From the human T2T-CHM13v2.0 reference genome, Homo sapiens: DNA of 64,000 nt. Position 1 is the stretch's first letter. Every line of letters starts with the position of its first letter. The notes beneath the pieces are model-generated. The model was given only the letters and a program-made list of their open reading frames with translations, was not told where the DNA came from and did no database searches. Where the stretch lies: NCBI RefSeq assembly GCF_009914755.1, contig NC_060941.1; one strand, given 5' to 3'. Position numbers and translations under genes: made by a program. This document shows, piece by piece, positions 14,550-31,094 of this stretch.

Positions 14550-14938
14550 TGTCTTATTCCATTTTGTGCTGCTGTAACAGAATGCCACAGATGGAGTGAT
14601 TTGTAAAGAAGAGAAACACATTTTCTCACAGTTCTGGAGGCTGGGTAGTCTGAAATCAAGGTATCAGCATTTGATCTGGCAAAGTACTTCTTGCTGTGAT
14701 TTCACATGGCAAAAGGAAGAAGAGCACGTGGGGACAAGCATGGTGTCCTCATATGGGAAAGAGTGAAAGAGAGCAGACCCACTCCTGCAAGCCCTTTTTA
14801 CAGAAGCATTAACCCATTCATGAGAGTGGAGCCTCCATGATCTGAAAGCCTCCCATTAGGCACCCCTTATCCAATATTATTGCATTGGGGATTAAACTTG
14901 CAACACATCAATTTGAGGGACATATTCAGACCAAAGCA
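14550..14938 (-). mobile_element. MaLR solo LTR (MST/MLT1A type)
   Basis: TG...CA termini, tctcacagttctggaggctggg motif, perfect 5-bp TSD GTTTG. Confidence 0.9.
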
Positions 14939-15129
14939 GTTTGTTTCTGTGAGTTTTATAGTTTTAGTTCTCATATTTAGTTTTAGATCTATTTGGTACC
15001 TTTTGTGTATACTGTGAGGAAGAGGTTCAACTTTATTATTTTGCATCTTAATATGTTCTAGCACCTTTTGTTGAAGGTAATATTCATTCTCCATTGAATG
15101 TCTTGTGCTCTTGTCAAAAATCAATTGAC

Positions 15130-15425
15130 TTCCAGGTGTGGTGGCTCACGCCTGTAATCCCAGCACTTTGGGAGGCTGAGACAGGCTGATCACTTGAGGT
15201 CAGCAGTTTGAGATCAGCCTGGCCAACATGATGAAACCCTGTCTCTACTAAAAATACAAAAATTAGCCGGGTATGGTGGTGTGTGCCTGTAATCCCAGCT
15301 ACTCAGGAGACTGAGGCAGAAAAATCACACAAACCCATGAGGCGGAGGTTGCAGTGAGCTGAGATTGTGCCGCTGCACTCCAGCCTGGGCAACAGAGTGA
15401 GACTCCATCTCAAAAAAAAAAAAAA
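15130..15425 (+). mobile_element. AluS
   Basis: Dimeric Alu; TSD aaaaatcaattgac. Confidence 0.96.
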
Positions 15426-16958
15426 ATCAATTGACCACAGATATGAGTTTATTTCCAGAGTTTCTCTTTTACTCCATTGATTTATATGTCCATTCTTATG
15501 CTGGTCTATGATGTCTTGATTGTGATTGCTTTGTTTTAAAAATTGGAATTGTGAGTTCTCCAACTTTGCCCATCTTTTTCAAGATTGTTTTGACTGCTCT
15601 GGATCCTTTAAGTTTCCCTATAAAATTAGAATGACCTTGTCAATTTCTGCAAAGATATCAGCTGAAATTCTGAAAGGAATTGCATTAAACCTGTAGATCA
15701 CTTTGGGGAGTACTGTCATTCTAATAATATTAAGTCTGCAATTTATGAACACACACTTTTTTTTATATAGATCTTGAAATTTCTTTCAATAATGTTTTGT
15801 AGTTTTTAAAACATAAAATTTATACTTCTTTTGTTAAATATATTTCTAAATATTTTGTTCTTTTTGATGTTATTTTCAATGAAATTGCTTTCTTAATTTC
15901 ATTTTTGGTATGTTAATTGCAAGTATGTAGAAATGCAGTTGATTTTTGTATAATAAACTTGTATCCTACAACCTTTCTGAAGCTATTAGGTCAGTTGGTT
16001 TCTTAGGATTTTCTATTATAAGAACATGTTGTCTGCATATAGAAAGTTTACTTCCCTTTTCCAGTTTGGATGCTTTTATTTCATTTTCTTGCATAGCTGC
16101 CCTGACTAGAACCTCCAGTACAATGTTGAATAGAAATGGTGAGAGAGGAATTCCTTGTCTTCTTCTGATTTTAGGGGGAAGGCATCCAGTGTTTCACCAT
16201 GAGGTATAACTCTAGCTGTTGTTTTTTTCGTAGATAGCCTTTATCTGGTTGAGGACGCTTCCACCTACTTCTAGTGAGTTAGGTATTATTATCATAAAAG
16301 GATATTGGATTTTATAAAATGATTTTTTTGCATCTTTTGACATGTGTTTTTTGCTTTTATTGTATTGATATGATGCAATACATTGATTGATATTTAGATG
16401 TTAGACCAATCTTGCATGCCTGTTCCTAGGAAGGGGACGTGGTCATGGTGTATAATAATTTTTTTTATATTATTTGATTTGGTTTGTTGAGAATTTTTGT
16501 ATTTATATTCATAGGGATATTGATCTGCAGTTTTATTTTCTTGTAATGTCTTTGTCTGGCTTTGGTATTAGAATAATATTGACTTCTTAGAGTGAGCTAG
16601 AAAGTGTTTTTTCCACTCCAATTTTTTGGAAATGTTTGTGGAGAATTTGATTAATTTTTCTGTAAATGTTTGGCAGAATTCACCAGTGAAGCCATCTGGT
16701 CCTGGAGTTTTCTTTATGAGCATTTTGTTTTTTACATTGTTGATTCAATCTCTTTACCTGTTGTAGGTCTACTCCTATTTTCTATTTTTTCTTGAGTCAG
16801 TTTTGGTAGATCTCTACTAATCATCCTATTTCAAATTGCAAAATTCTCCCCCTGATAATTCCAATCCCTCCTATTCTGTTCTGTTTTTTCTCCAAGATCC
16901 TTATCACCTTCTAACATACTGTACAGTTTACTTGGTTGTTATCTATGTATCTACCTAA

Positions 16959-17343
<385 letters not shown>

Positions 17344-19266
17344 TCCAATCTCTTAAACAGTGCCTGGAACCTAGTAGTCATTCAATAAATATTGCTGAGT
17401 GGATGATAAAATTAGATGATATTTATCTTTTAATCTATTAAGGTAATGAATTTTATTCTTATATTTCTTGAAGTTGGCTAATACTTTCTTTCTTCGGACA
17501 AAGCCTGACAAGTCATTATATATTGTTATTCTCATGCTGAATTTAATACCAATATTTTCTCTGTAATTTTTGCATCTGTGTTTATATATTATCTTGATTC
17601 ACTGTCTTTTTCAGTGTGTGCCCTATTGATGTTCTGTTCTGATGTCAGGACAATTCTAAGTTTGTAGAATGAGTCAGGGGAACTTCATTTTTTCAAAATA
17701 TGCAGTAAGCATTTATGTAACATAGGAATTATTGTTTCCTTGAAAATGTGGCAGAACTTGCTAATAAAATGATTTGAATTTGGAGGGTTATTTAGGAATA
17801 TGTCTTTGAAAACTTTTAAATTTCATAAATAATATTGATCTATTTAGTCAAATGCTTTCTTTAGCCAGTTTTTGTATATTACATGTTTCCAAGAAATGAG
17901 TAATTTGTTTAGAATTTTAAAACTTTATTTGCCCAAAGTTGCATGGCTTTCTTTTATGCTCTCTAAAATTGCCTCATCTTGTTACGCCTCCTTTTTACAC
18001 CCCAATCATCTGGCATAAGAAACCTGTGTCTGCTTGATTCTCTTCCTTGGCAGGAACATTTCTCCTTCATCTTCTGTGTTCTGAAGTTTCACTCTGATAG
18101 CTATAATTGTAGGCATTTAAAAATTTTTACTCAAGGACTTAGTTGTCTTTTTTCTTAATTTAAATATAGATATTTTCAAACATGAAATAGAGGAGAGAAT
18201 ATCATAAAGAATCTCCATATATCTCAGTAGTGTTGCTGTGTCACTTCTTAAATTAGTAAAAATAATAAATGTTAACAATATTTAAATAAGTTTTCTTTGC
18301 TTTCTCGTTCTTTAGACTAAAATTAAATTAGACACTAGAACTTCTAGATTTATGTTCCGTGCTTCTTAATTTTTTAATAATACTTTCATTTTTAAATCTT
18401 TTATTCTTAATCACTTGCTTGATCTCACATATAATTTTTTTCACATCAGCTGCATGCCTTTTGTTGTTTCTCCAATTTTTAGTGATTACACAAATATTTA
18501 TGAGCTAAATATTAATTTCCAAGAACTGTATTTGATTATTAGCATGGATGCAGTAGCTTCCTGACTCTTCCAAATACATGAGTAACACAAAATTTTCTAA
18601 ATATTTGAGTCTTCTGTTTTCTCACCTAAATCCATTTTCTCAGATGATAGTTGCATGGGTTGAGTTTGTTGCCTCTCTTGTACTTGTTTTCTGAAAATGT
18701 TTGGGAATGACTGATTGTATGTTCATGGGTGTCCCTGAGTTGTATTTTTTTAAGAATGCTGTTTCTGTTTATGGTGAACAACTTCTACTGATGGGGAGGA
18801 GGGGGACTGGTGGCTTGTGTTTAGGAAACAGGAGTTCCCTGTGTCTTCTAGGGCTACTGTGTTTTGGGGCACTTTGCTGTTTTTCTGTCCCTGACACTTT
18901 TATCACTGCTACTTTCTGATTAGTATAGAGGAGGCAGGAAAATCGCTCATATGTAACTGCAAATGCAAGCACCCTGTTGGACAACTCACATTCTTCTTCG
19001 GCTTCTTGTGACAATTAGTTCTGGCCTCATAGGCTCTTAGAACTGCTTCTTTGCCTGCAGAAGGCTCCTTCCAGACATATTCTGAGCACTGATTTCCTCT
19101 TTTGGTTGTTATTTGTTTATATATGAGGATCTGTTTTCTCTGCTTTGTATCACTTAAGAATTACTGAGCATTTCTGGTCCACTGATTCACTGGTGGCACC
19201 CTATCTTTTCCAACACTGTTAAAATTTTCTTTCCTCCTCCTGTTTTTCTTATTCTTCTCTTAACAG

Positions 19267-19395
19267 GATTTGGGATATCATAGGTTATATTTTACCCTCT
19301 GCCGCCATTTGACTACTGCTTGGCTTTTGGCAAAATTGGGTTTTTAATCACTGCTCTAGAAAATCTTCACAACAGTTGACTTCTCAGCAGTATTT
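19267..19395 (+). other. Candidate exon (129 nt), probably non-coding
   Basis: About 35-nt pyrimidine tract plus taacAG acceptor; donor TTT|GTAAGC. Confidence 0.25.
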
Positions 19396-19673
19396 GTAAG
19401 CAAGTGGATTTTACATATTTTATAATCAACTTTGAGTTATTCTTTTATGACACTTCCATTTTTTTGATGAGTATAATCAAGGCATATCTTATCATTTCAA
19501 TTTTTTTAAGTTATAGTCTTCTTGTAAGTTTACTCTAAAACATATATAGCATTCATTCTCAACACATGCACAATGAAGACAATTCTCAGTGTTCTTGGGT
19601 ACTGGGTACAATTGGACTTTTGTGAATCTTAGTGGTGAGAGGGATATTCTCATAAGTATTAAGATGCTAATGC

Positions 19674-19992
<319 letters not shown>

Positions 19993-20237
19993 TTATGGGG
20001 GGGTATTTCCCGAATAGGAGGCACCAATCCCCACCATATGGTGATGAAGCCAGACGTAGAATTTCTTGATCTTAAACTTATTAAATACTCTTTTCACTTT
20101 ATGGAGTAGAGCTAATTCTATAGCAGTTGACAAATAGATACAACAGGGAGTTTAAAAATTCTTTCCAACTTATTTCCAAGTAAGCTCACACACTCTTAAA
20201 TTATTATTTTCCTTAACCATGACCCCTCTCTGTTCAG

Positions 20238-20303
20238 TAGCCATTTGTAACAAAACAAACAAACAAACAAATCTCAAACATGGCAGAAGAGGCTTCTGCC
20301 CTG
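20238..20303 (+). other. Candidate exon (66 nt, NAGNAG acceptor) containing a strong-Kozak ATG
   Basis: cccctctctgttcAG(tAG) acceptor; aaacATGG at 20280; donor CTG|GTAAGT. Confidence 0.35.
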
Positions 20304-20739
20304 GTAAGTGAAAGGTTGGTATTTCAGAACTGGGAATACTCTCTTTTAATAGGGGGCTAAGGTAAGCCTAGATGTCCCTACAGTCTGTAGTTTTCTGGGA
20401 TTGTTTTCTTCTTTGATATCGAAATGCCAGTAGACTGTCTCTTCTAACACATAGCATAAGGTTCAGTGTAACTAGTTTTGAGATTTCTTGCCGAAAGTGT
20501 GGAAGTCCACAAATTCATCCCGACTGTCCCCCGCATTCTCACCTGACCTAGATGCCTACTCACTTCTTTGTTGTCATCACTTAACTGGTGACTCTGGCAG
20601 CTTTCCTATCCATGATGGGGGCATCTTCCCTTCCCTAATTCCTCAAGGCACAGCCAAAACTGTATGTCACATTAAATGAAATTCTATCAAATATTTTGTG
20701 TGTCAGAGACTGCTTGTTTTCTCTAATATCCACTCTTTC

Positions 20740-21135
20740 CTTTTCATTTTAATAACAAATTCACAGGTTTTAGTTGGACACATGCTTGGGTGTTAAACTG
20801 TTTCCCTGCTTTGCTTGCAGATAAATTCTGGTCAAGGAAATTAGAACAGAAGTGATAAAGCAGTACATACAATGTCCAGACTGCATCCTTGAAAGAAAAG
20901 TAATATCTCTTCCATTGGTTGGTATGTAGATGTGATGGCTGGTGCTGGAGCAACCATCTTGGAGTCAATATGGAAGCCACGTGTGAAAAAAGAACAAAAA
21001 GATTAGAGGAGCTCAAGACTCCAAAATTCAGGAGTCAGCATATTAACCTTGGACTGCTTAAACTTGAATGAAATGAAAGAGAAATAAATATCTCAGTTCA
21101 AGCTACTGAGCTTTTGTCCTTTACAGATAAACCAT
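20740..21135 (+). mobile_element. Old MLT1-type LTR remnant
   Basis: gatgtgatggctggtgctggagcaaccatcttg...aaataaatatctc...gttcaagctactg motifs. Confidence 0.55.
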
Positions 21136-21197
21136 AAACTTTGAGAACATGAAAGAGAATAACAGAAGCAAATTTAAAGCTGATTAGTAGACCCTTG
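21127..21197 (+). other. Candidate exon (71 nt)
   Basis: cttttgtcctttacAG acceptor supplied by the MLT1 3' end; donor TTG|GTAAGA. Confidence 0.3.
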
Positions 21198-22083
21198 GTA
21201 AGACCTAAAAGCAAGAAAAAAATGTGGCCTCTTGACTAATAATTTTGAAAATTGAAGAGTGTCAGAGTTAGGCATCAGGAATTCCTAGGCATTTGCTTAT
21301 TTCTTTCTGAAATGCCCCCAAAAAGGGCTTCTTGACATCCTTCTATAACTTTGCCCTTATTAGGGTCAAATATAAACTGTTATACTAGGTAGTAAAACTG
21401 ATTATTTATAAGCAAACCTTCTAGTATTTAAGTTCAAATTGCTACAATATTGGCATTATTAAAAAGAAAAGTTTGGGAACTACCCGAAGACCATATGTAT
21501 AAGCCATAAAATAAAATCCACCTTACTAATTAAAAGTCACACCTCATTTTGACATATATTAGTATCACCCAACTCAATCCCCTTCCTAAATCATCAGGCT
21601 TAGCTCTGAATGACCTTTGGCTATTTCAAAAAATCAAATCTACCCTCTAAGGATGTAGTTGTAAGTCTATGTGGAAGACTGAGCCATGGTTCTGAAAATA
21701 GTGTCAAAGAGAATTTCAGAAGCTGTAAAATGGTAACCTCACTAAAGGAAGTATTTCTCTTTCCCAAGGCAAGACTAAAGGGGTCTGTGGAGATCTTAAT
21801 TCTACTTTGGTTACCATCCTGATAACAGTGCTAAAGCTCACGGTGATACAAATCATCTTGGGTCTGGTTGCACTTGGAATTTAGGTTTCAGCAGGTGTTC
21901 AATGGGCAGAGACATTTCACGCCCAACCTGAATAGGTCTGTAACTCTGCCTTAGAAAGCAGCTTGCCTATAAATATTTCACTCAGAGTCAGACAAAAGCT
22001 GGATGGATGTGAGGCTGCTTCAGACAAAAAGCAGATAAATTCCTGCTTAACATGTACCTGATGCTTTATGATTTCTGCCTAAG

Positions 22084-22203
22084 TTCAGATTTCCTGGATC
22101 AAATGTTCCCAAGACCTGTGAGGTCATGTGGTTTCAGAGACATAAGCTAAGCTTGGTATATATTACAGAGAAGCCATCCCATCCGGGCGCGACCACTCTG
22201 AAG
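22084..22203 (+). other. Candidate exon ending in a consensus donor (5' boundary uncertain)
   Basis: Consensus AAG|GTAAGT at 22203/22204; small CpG cluster ccgggcgcgacc just upstream; possible acceptors end at 22083 or 22088; TATAAAT at about 21968 makes a first exon an alternative. Confidence 0.35.
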
Positions 22204-23392
22204 GTAAGTGTTAATCCCAATCTGATTTCGTGTGTGTGCAACAGCTGTTGGGAACATTAGGACTGCCATCTGTGTCCAATGGAATGATTTCCTACCACTT
22301 GGCCTCATATGGCCCAAAAGGTAATTTAGTGCATATTGGGAAATTCCTGAAACAACATGAGACTTAACACCATTTTCCCATCAAATCCTTGGAGTTTTTG
22401 TTGATGTTTAGAGAGCCCACGGAGGTGTGAAACTACGGGTCTGGGGAATGGAATGGTTTACTCATAAAATCTGGGATCTTTATTTGGGGGTTCTTTCTCC
22501 AAGATAAATTCTTGTGTGTTTCCAAGAATAAGTTCAATGCCATACTTGGAGTAAAACTGTCCTTGAACATGAGGATTAAAATCCTGTGTTCTGGTGATGG
22601 TCATTTTCTGTACCCACTTGGTAATGCAGGAGTACCTATCAGACGTTTGCAGACTCTTCATTTGCATATGAAAATCTCAATGACTTAGATTTACTGTCAA
22701 TAATTTTACTCATGAAAAGTAAAACTAAAATATTCGTGAAAATCTTAGTGTTCTCTGACCTCTCCTAGGGTAGGACCCATCTTCCTTAAATTGTTTTCTT
22801 TATTTTTCTAAGTTCTTTATCCTATTCCATCAGCATAAAGAAAATATCTGCTTAAGCTGATTTACGTTCAAGTGTGAGTAAAGGAGAGATAATCTAAGCT
22901 GTAAACCACACTAAAGATACGGATTTGCATTTTTTAAAGTGATGCTTGGTACTTAATCTGAATTTAGCAAAGCTGACTTGATCCCAACCTTCGAGCAGCT
23001 GCTGAAATACCCATTTTTTAGGAAGTCTTTTCAGAATGATTAGGACAGGATAAGGCTGTTCTATCCTGCCTCGCATTTTGGCTTTCCTCCTGGATCCAGC
23101 TGTCAGCAGTTATGTCAGTTTGAAATATAACTGTTATTTGAAACATAACGTTTTCAAGATACAACAGCTAAGATAGTATTTTCATGTAGAATTTAGTACA
23201 TTTGCACCCCTTAAAAGAAGGCAATAATTGAAACATTTATTTGATCACCTACTATGTACCAGTCACATGCACCTGCACGTGTCTAGTTCTTTGTGTAGTT
23301 CTTTTACATGACATTAAATATCTATTATACTCTAGAATTTGGGGGGATAGAACCACTATTAGCCTTTGCTAGTGTCTTTCACTTTGTTCTAA

Positions 23393-23806
<414 letters not shown>

Positions 23807-24639
23807 TGATTGGTTTCCCAAGTTTCAGATCAGGTAATTCTGAATCAAGTTCACTTTGTTGGCACTTTCCTGTGAATATTATTCCCCTAATAGTATGGTT
23901 TATACACAGACCAACTTGAACCTTTCAAAACAGAAGCAACAGTAGCAAGCTTAAGAGGTAAGGATCATGTCTTACTCATCTCTGCATTCTGAGTCTAACA
24001 CAGTACCAAGTGTAGAGAGCTAGTGAATATTCCGTGTCAAAAAATGTGCCTCTTCTTCACTTCAATATTTATGTGCAAAGGGCACCCACAGATGGGGAAA
24101 CTCCTTGGTATGGATGACCAAGTTTGGCATTCCAATGTTTCCAATGGGATAGGATGAAGGCCATGATACTAGGATGATTTTCCAAGTCAGAAGACTTTTC
24201 TCTATTTAACAAATGAAACAAGTCACAGCAAGATCAGAGGCAGGATATCAAAGCATAAAGATATCTTTAGTTTCTTTCCTAAGCAAGTTGTGTGTCAGGA
24301 ATCAGAAGAATGAAGGGGGACAATGAAAGGGATCTGCTTCATCCTTTGTGACCAAGAAAGCAGAAAATTAAATGTGCCAATAATCATTATAATGAAATAT
24401 TTCCAAGTCCTAGAATCTGCAATATTGTTTGAAAGACCAAGTCTCTTGATGCAAAGGGTCTGTAAGGAAAATAACTTTCATTCATTCACTCATTCATTCA
24501 TGTATTCAATTTATGTTTATTGAATCACCACTATGGAGTAGACATTGAATCTCTGGAACCTTTGAACTTGAACCACAAGTTTTTTCTGGGATTTTGGTAA
24601 ACATGAATATTGTTGACTTCATATATATCCATCAACATC

Positions 24640-25040
24640 TAATTTAATACAATGAAAGGCAGAATAACATAAGGTTAAGGGTGCAGACAAAAGGATAGGA
24701 GCCCGTCTCTATTACTTTATAAAGATGCCATTTTAGGCAAGTTACTCTTCATCTACTACAATAACTATTAGTACTCACTTCACAGGGTTGTTGTGAGAAT
24801 TAAATCAACACATGGAACAAGCATAGCAGTGCTTAATACATAGCAAGTGCCATCATTATAACAAAATTTCATATTAAAACAGTCCTGGCATTATGGCCTT
24901 AAATAAATTACTTAAACTCTCCAAGCATCTGTTCTCTCATTTATAAATTGAGGACAACACCTGCCTATTTACCTCACAGAAATGTTGCGTGAGTCATGTG
25001 AGATAATATACATAGAGATTTTTATAAACAGCAAAGTCCC
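24640..25040 (+). mobile_element. Two MIR fragments
   Basis: MIR core motifs (ggcaagttact...cttcacagggttgttgtgagaattaaat; tctgttctctcatttataaattgagg...acctcacagaaatgttg). Confidence 0.65.
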
Positions 25041-25755
25041 ATGTACTTCAAAGTTATTTTCATTATGTTAAGATCTAAAAAGATCACCATAACAAAATTT
25101 TATTGTTTAATTCCTCAAGATCTACCTCCTGAGTAAAAACATGAAAGGAAAAGCAAGTTCAACTCCTTGGCAGAGAAGAGATAAATTCTTGATTATGATT
25201 CTACCAGACTCTACTGAGCCGAGAGAAAACTGAGGATAAAAAAGAAACTGGTGGTAAAATTAGGAAGAAGCAATGGATGCTTGGAACACTGAGACACAGT
25301 AAATCTTTACAATGAGTGCTGAGGACAGGCACGTGACCCAAGCTAGGCCAGTTGGATGCTCCCTCAGTGGAATTTAATTCTTGAGTAGGGGAACAAGGAA
25401 ATTGAAAACAATCAGTGTTCATTGCATTCAGCACAGCCTCCTGACACTTTGGCCCTGCTGTGCACAGATGTTGTGGTCTCTGATACCTTGTCTCCAGGGC
25501 TGCTTTCTTTTCCTTTACTTCCTAGCCTGGTATTCTGGCCTCTCATTGATTCTGTGAGCTCCTGATCCTTTCCAATAAATTACCATTAGCCTAAGTCAGG
25601 CTTAATTTCTGTTGCTTGAAACAAAGGAGCCCTAATACCTGCTCTAACCTGTCTTGTAAAGGTAGACCATGCTATGAAATCCGTTATCTTCCTCTATTCT
25701 CTTTCATGCACATATGTATGTATGTATGTGTGTATGTATGTAGTATGTATGCTAG

Positions 25756-26107
<352 letters not shown>

Positions 26108-26114
26108 TTTACAC

Positions 26115-27150
<1,036 letters not shown>

Positions 27151-28789
27151 CAGACGGGTCTCTTTTCTCTGACCTGAACGCACCTTACAATATCTATGCC
27201 CTGATCTACTCTATCGTAACCCCAACAACCATCAAAGGCCACTTCAACTCCCATCTCCTTCCTGAAGTTTCCCCGTGCTTAGCCAGACCACAGCAATCTT
27301 GCACATTTCTGAATTTTTAATGGACTTACCTCTACACCCCCCCAGCTGAGATTTAGCACATACTCTCTTGTACTTTATTGAATTTTTCATGTATGCCTGC
27401 CTTGTCTATCCAAAAAAGATAGACTGTAAACTTTCGGAACAAAAGCACCATGTCTTACCCTTCTCTGCTGTCCCTTGAGTGCGTGATGAAAAGCAGTTTC
27501 ATATTACTTGAAACAATCACCAAGGCTCTCAGCATGTCTGGGTTCTGTTTCAAAGGTTTACAATGGACCCTTCTTTCTTAAGGGGTCTTGAAAAGCTACG
27601 AACAAATGTATAACTACATCATTTGCTCAAGTAACACCAGAGTTACAGTGTAAACTCAATAATCACAGTCCATTAAATTGGGGCTGTTCAGGGAAAGTGA
27701 AGCCTTGGTCGAGCAATCAAGGCACTGGAGGCCATGCATGCCAGGTCCAGCGACCTTGCCCTGGCCCTGAGAACAAGCCACGATTGTCCCCTCTGCATCA
27801 GTACACATGTTGCAAACATGGAAATGCATTCTTCAATTCTGCAGCTAAATGGCACACATGGCCCCAAGATCCCAGAGCCTGTGCAAGGTTAACTAGCCTT
27901 CTATAAACATTAACACCCATGGGAGCAGCATGCCATAATTATGAGGGAATATACCCTGGCCCCTAAGTACTTGTCAGTTTACAGAATTCATTCTAGACAC
28001 TGGAGTGAAATGTAATTTTCCTGGCAATGTTTATAGCAGTTACAGCTCTGTAAACAGGCTGCCTGGGCTGAGGTTGCTGGGTTCGTGTCTTAATGGGAAT
28101 GCACCTGCAGCAATGGGGTAGAGCAACTCCCAGTCAAGACTCCTGGCCTCAGGACCCAGACCCTTCTCATCACCTTCCCTCTATCGCTCCCATGAATACC
28201 TGGGGTATAAATGAACGTGTCTCAGTTTTGGTGAGAAAACAAAAACAAAATTATGTTGCCCAGCTCTTATACCCAGGAAACTTCCTCTGAAGTCAGCAAA
28301 AGGATATACGCTGATTTCCCAAATTCTGTTTTAATAGTTAAAGCCAGGAACTCTGGGATTAGTACCATATATGCCATTAAATAGTTGTATGATGTTGGCC
28401 AAGCTCAATTTTTCGTACCTGCATATATGCTGGAGAGGATGAGATCTCCAATGTCCCTTTGTATTTTAACAATCTGTAGCTACGTGTTTCTTCAAGCCCC
28501 AGGGATGTGCCTGTCTTGTAAATGAAGAAATGGAGATTGTAGTCATAATCTCTGGAGTAGAAAGAGAACATTCAAGATAATCTAGTCATTGTTTCTTTAC
28601 GATCAAGGTAAGACACTGATACCCAGAGTCCATGAATCACTTCCTGAAGCCGCACAGCTATGTATAGCGTAAAGATCCAAACCCTGGTCCTTTGACCCTT
28701 AAGGCTGAGACTTTCCATTATACTCAAGGCTTTTAAAAAATGGCTTGTCTCAAAGATTTAAACAGACAAGTCATAAAATAAGCTATGAA

Positions 28790-29465
28790 TGGTCAATCAT
28801 AACCCAAAAGAGATTGCAACATTATTTGCCACCAGAGAAATACAACTTACAACCACCAAGATGCTAGTTAAACGAAAAGTAAAAGACTGACAAATACCAA
28901 GTGTTGGTGGGTGGAGCCATGGGGACATTCACACATGGTTGGTGGGAATGAAAATGGTATAGCCACTTTGGATAAGAGTGATCAGTTCTTATACAGTGAA
29001 ACATACACTTAATATATGACCCAACAATTCCACTCTAGGTATTTACCCAAGAAACATAAAAATGTGCACACTAAAACTTGCACATGAATGTCCACGACAG
29101 CTTTATTCAATAGCAACCTCAAACTGGAAATAACCCAAATAACCATCAACAGGTTAAAATTCTGGCATACCCATACCAGGAAAAACTACTTAGGATTTAA
29201 AAAGGGACCAAGAACTTAGATAAAAAAGGATGAGCTGAAAAAGCCAGATAGGAGGGCACATACTATCTGATGTCATTTGCATAAAGTTCTAGAAAAGGCT
29301 GGAGCTCAGGGTGGGAGTGAACTCCAAGGGGCACGAGGAAACACCTGGGTCATGGGAGTATCTTGATTATGGTGGTGGTAACACAGGGGCATATTGGTCC
29401 AAACTCACCCAACTGTACACTTAAAATGGGCATTTTTCATTGTATGTAAGTTAAACCTCAGTCAA
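28790..29465 (+). mobile_element. Old L1ME 3' end
   Basis: aaagactgacaaataccaagtgttgg...tatgacccaacaattccactctaggtatttacccaaga...tgtacacttaaaatggg. Confidence 0.8.
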
Positions 29466-30749
29466 GATTGTAAAACAGAATAGTGATTTGCTCCAGAATA
29501 ACCATGGGCAGTAGGCAAGCACAAGAATGTGCAATATTTAAGTTTCCATTCAGGAAGCATCTTCTCTGCTGCTGTAGGGCAGCGAGGTGAACAGGTAACA
29601 GGGCCTGGTTCTTTGTGTGCTCTCAAAGGTAGGCATATCCCTGGCTCCAGCCAGGTTGCTCCCATGCCCACTGGAATAGAGCTGGCCCTAAGCCAAGGCA
29701 TATGTGGAAAAACCACCCTGCCACTTTTATCTCTGATGAAAAGCCCTTGCTTAGTTCAGCAGAGATGTATTTATAAGTCTGTGATCTGGCATGGTTTAGA
29801 TTTGTAACGGGGCAGGGGAGGTGGTCCCCGAGAGAGCAGACGTCCACAGAGAAGGCTAGGCTTTGGAAGGGCTCTTCCAGAGGAGGACCCACTGTATGAA
29901 AATGCAAGGCATAGATCTGGAGGGGGGAATATCCCTTTTCAGGATGTGAAATTCCCTTCTGTGGAATTTGAGGCAAGGGTCGGGGGAAGGGAGAAGGTGT
30001 TAACTGTGGGTTTTGATAGCGCAAATCGTGCCTTGACCTCAAATCTCCTTTGGTTTCTGACTTTGGGAGAAAATGTCTTCTTAGTAAAATGTAACTGATA
30101 TGTACTGAGGATCCACATTTGTGAGTCAATGTGCCAGATGCTTGGGGATGTGAAATAAGTGGAAAAGCTTTCTTTGAAGAAGTGTTCAGTCTAGTCTAAA
30201 GAAAGATATGTAATAAATCATGAGCTGGCCCTGCTCCCTGCTGTTTACATGAAACTGAAGCCCTTTGGAACTTCAGGAAGCCCAAAGAGTATCAACAGAC
30301 ACCCCAGCCCCAGCAACTGCTGGCCCAGAATGGCCCTGTGCTAGCCACGTTCGGCCAGCATCTCTTCATGGTTCCTTGTGCTCATCCCTTTAGCTCCATG
30401 CTCTGGAGCCTGAGACCGGCCTCAGCTGTTCTCACCCAGATGATGCATCTGCACCCATTTCTCCCAGACACTGACCCTCGACTTGCCCCAACCCAAAGGA
30501 TTCCTTACTAGATTAGCCAGGCGTTAAGCATCCCTTTCTCTCTACAGGAAGGTGGAATGGACAGATGCTAGGAGTGGACCTAGCTTCCAAACTGGAATTC
30601 TGGAATACTGTATATAGTGAATAGTGTTCCATTTTTAAATGCAGCCTTATGTCCATAAATAATTAGTGCTTAAAAATATGTTCAAGGGATAGAAACTGTG
30701 TAAAGCAAACCAAAATCATTTCTGACATTGACATCAGTATCATATCAGT

Positions 30750-31094
30750 TGCAATGGACTGAATACTTATGTCCAGCCCAAATTCATGTTTAAATCCTAA
30801 CCTGGAGGTAATGATATTAAGAATTAGGGCCTTTAGGAGGTGATTAGGTCATGAGGGTGGAGCGCTTATGAAGGGATTAGTGCCCTTTTAAGAGAGACCC
30901 CAGAGAGCAAGCTGGATCTTTCCACCATGTGGAGATATGCCAGAAGGTGCCATCTATGAAGAGAGCCCTCACCAGACACCAAATCTGCTTTGCCTTCATC
31001 TTGGACTTCCCACCCTCCACAGTTGTGAGAAATAAATTTCTGAAGCCACCCAGTTTATGGTATTTTGTTATAGCAGCCCAAACAAACTTAGACA
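30750..31094 (+). mobile_element. MLT1A-type MaLR solo LTR
   Basis: TGCAATGGACTGAAT start, gagaaataaatttctg...ttagaCA end. Confidence 0.9.

Larger units (their letters stand above)
13460..16810 (-). mobile_element. Old L1 (L1MB-like) 3' ~2.6 kb, interrupted by a MaLR LTR and an Alu
   Basis: L1M 3'UTR and degraded ORF2 peptides (KKVKRQPTEWEIFANH). Confidence 0.9.

Noticed and set aside
22458-22667. Minus-strand 69-aa ORF that looks protein-like
   Set aside because: Weak acceptor pyrimidine tract, weak donor, no recognisable homology.
29623-30129. 168-aa minus-strand ORF in unique sequence
   Set aside because: Non-ATG start, no recognisable domain, no convincing splice sites or processed-pseudogene hallmarks.
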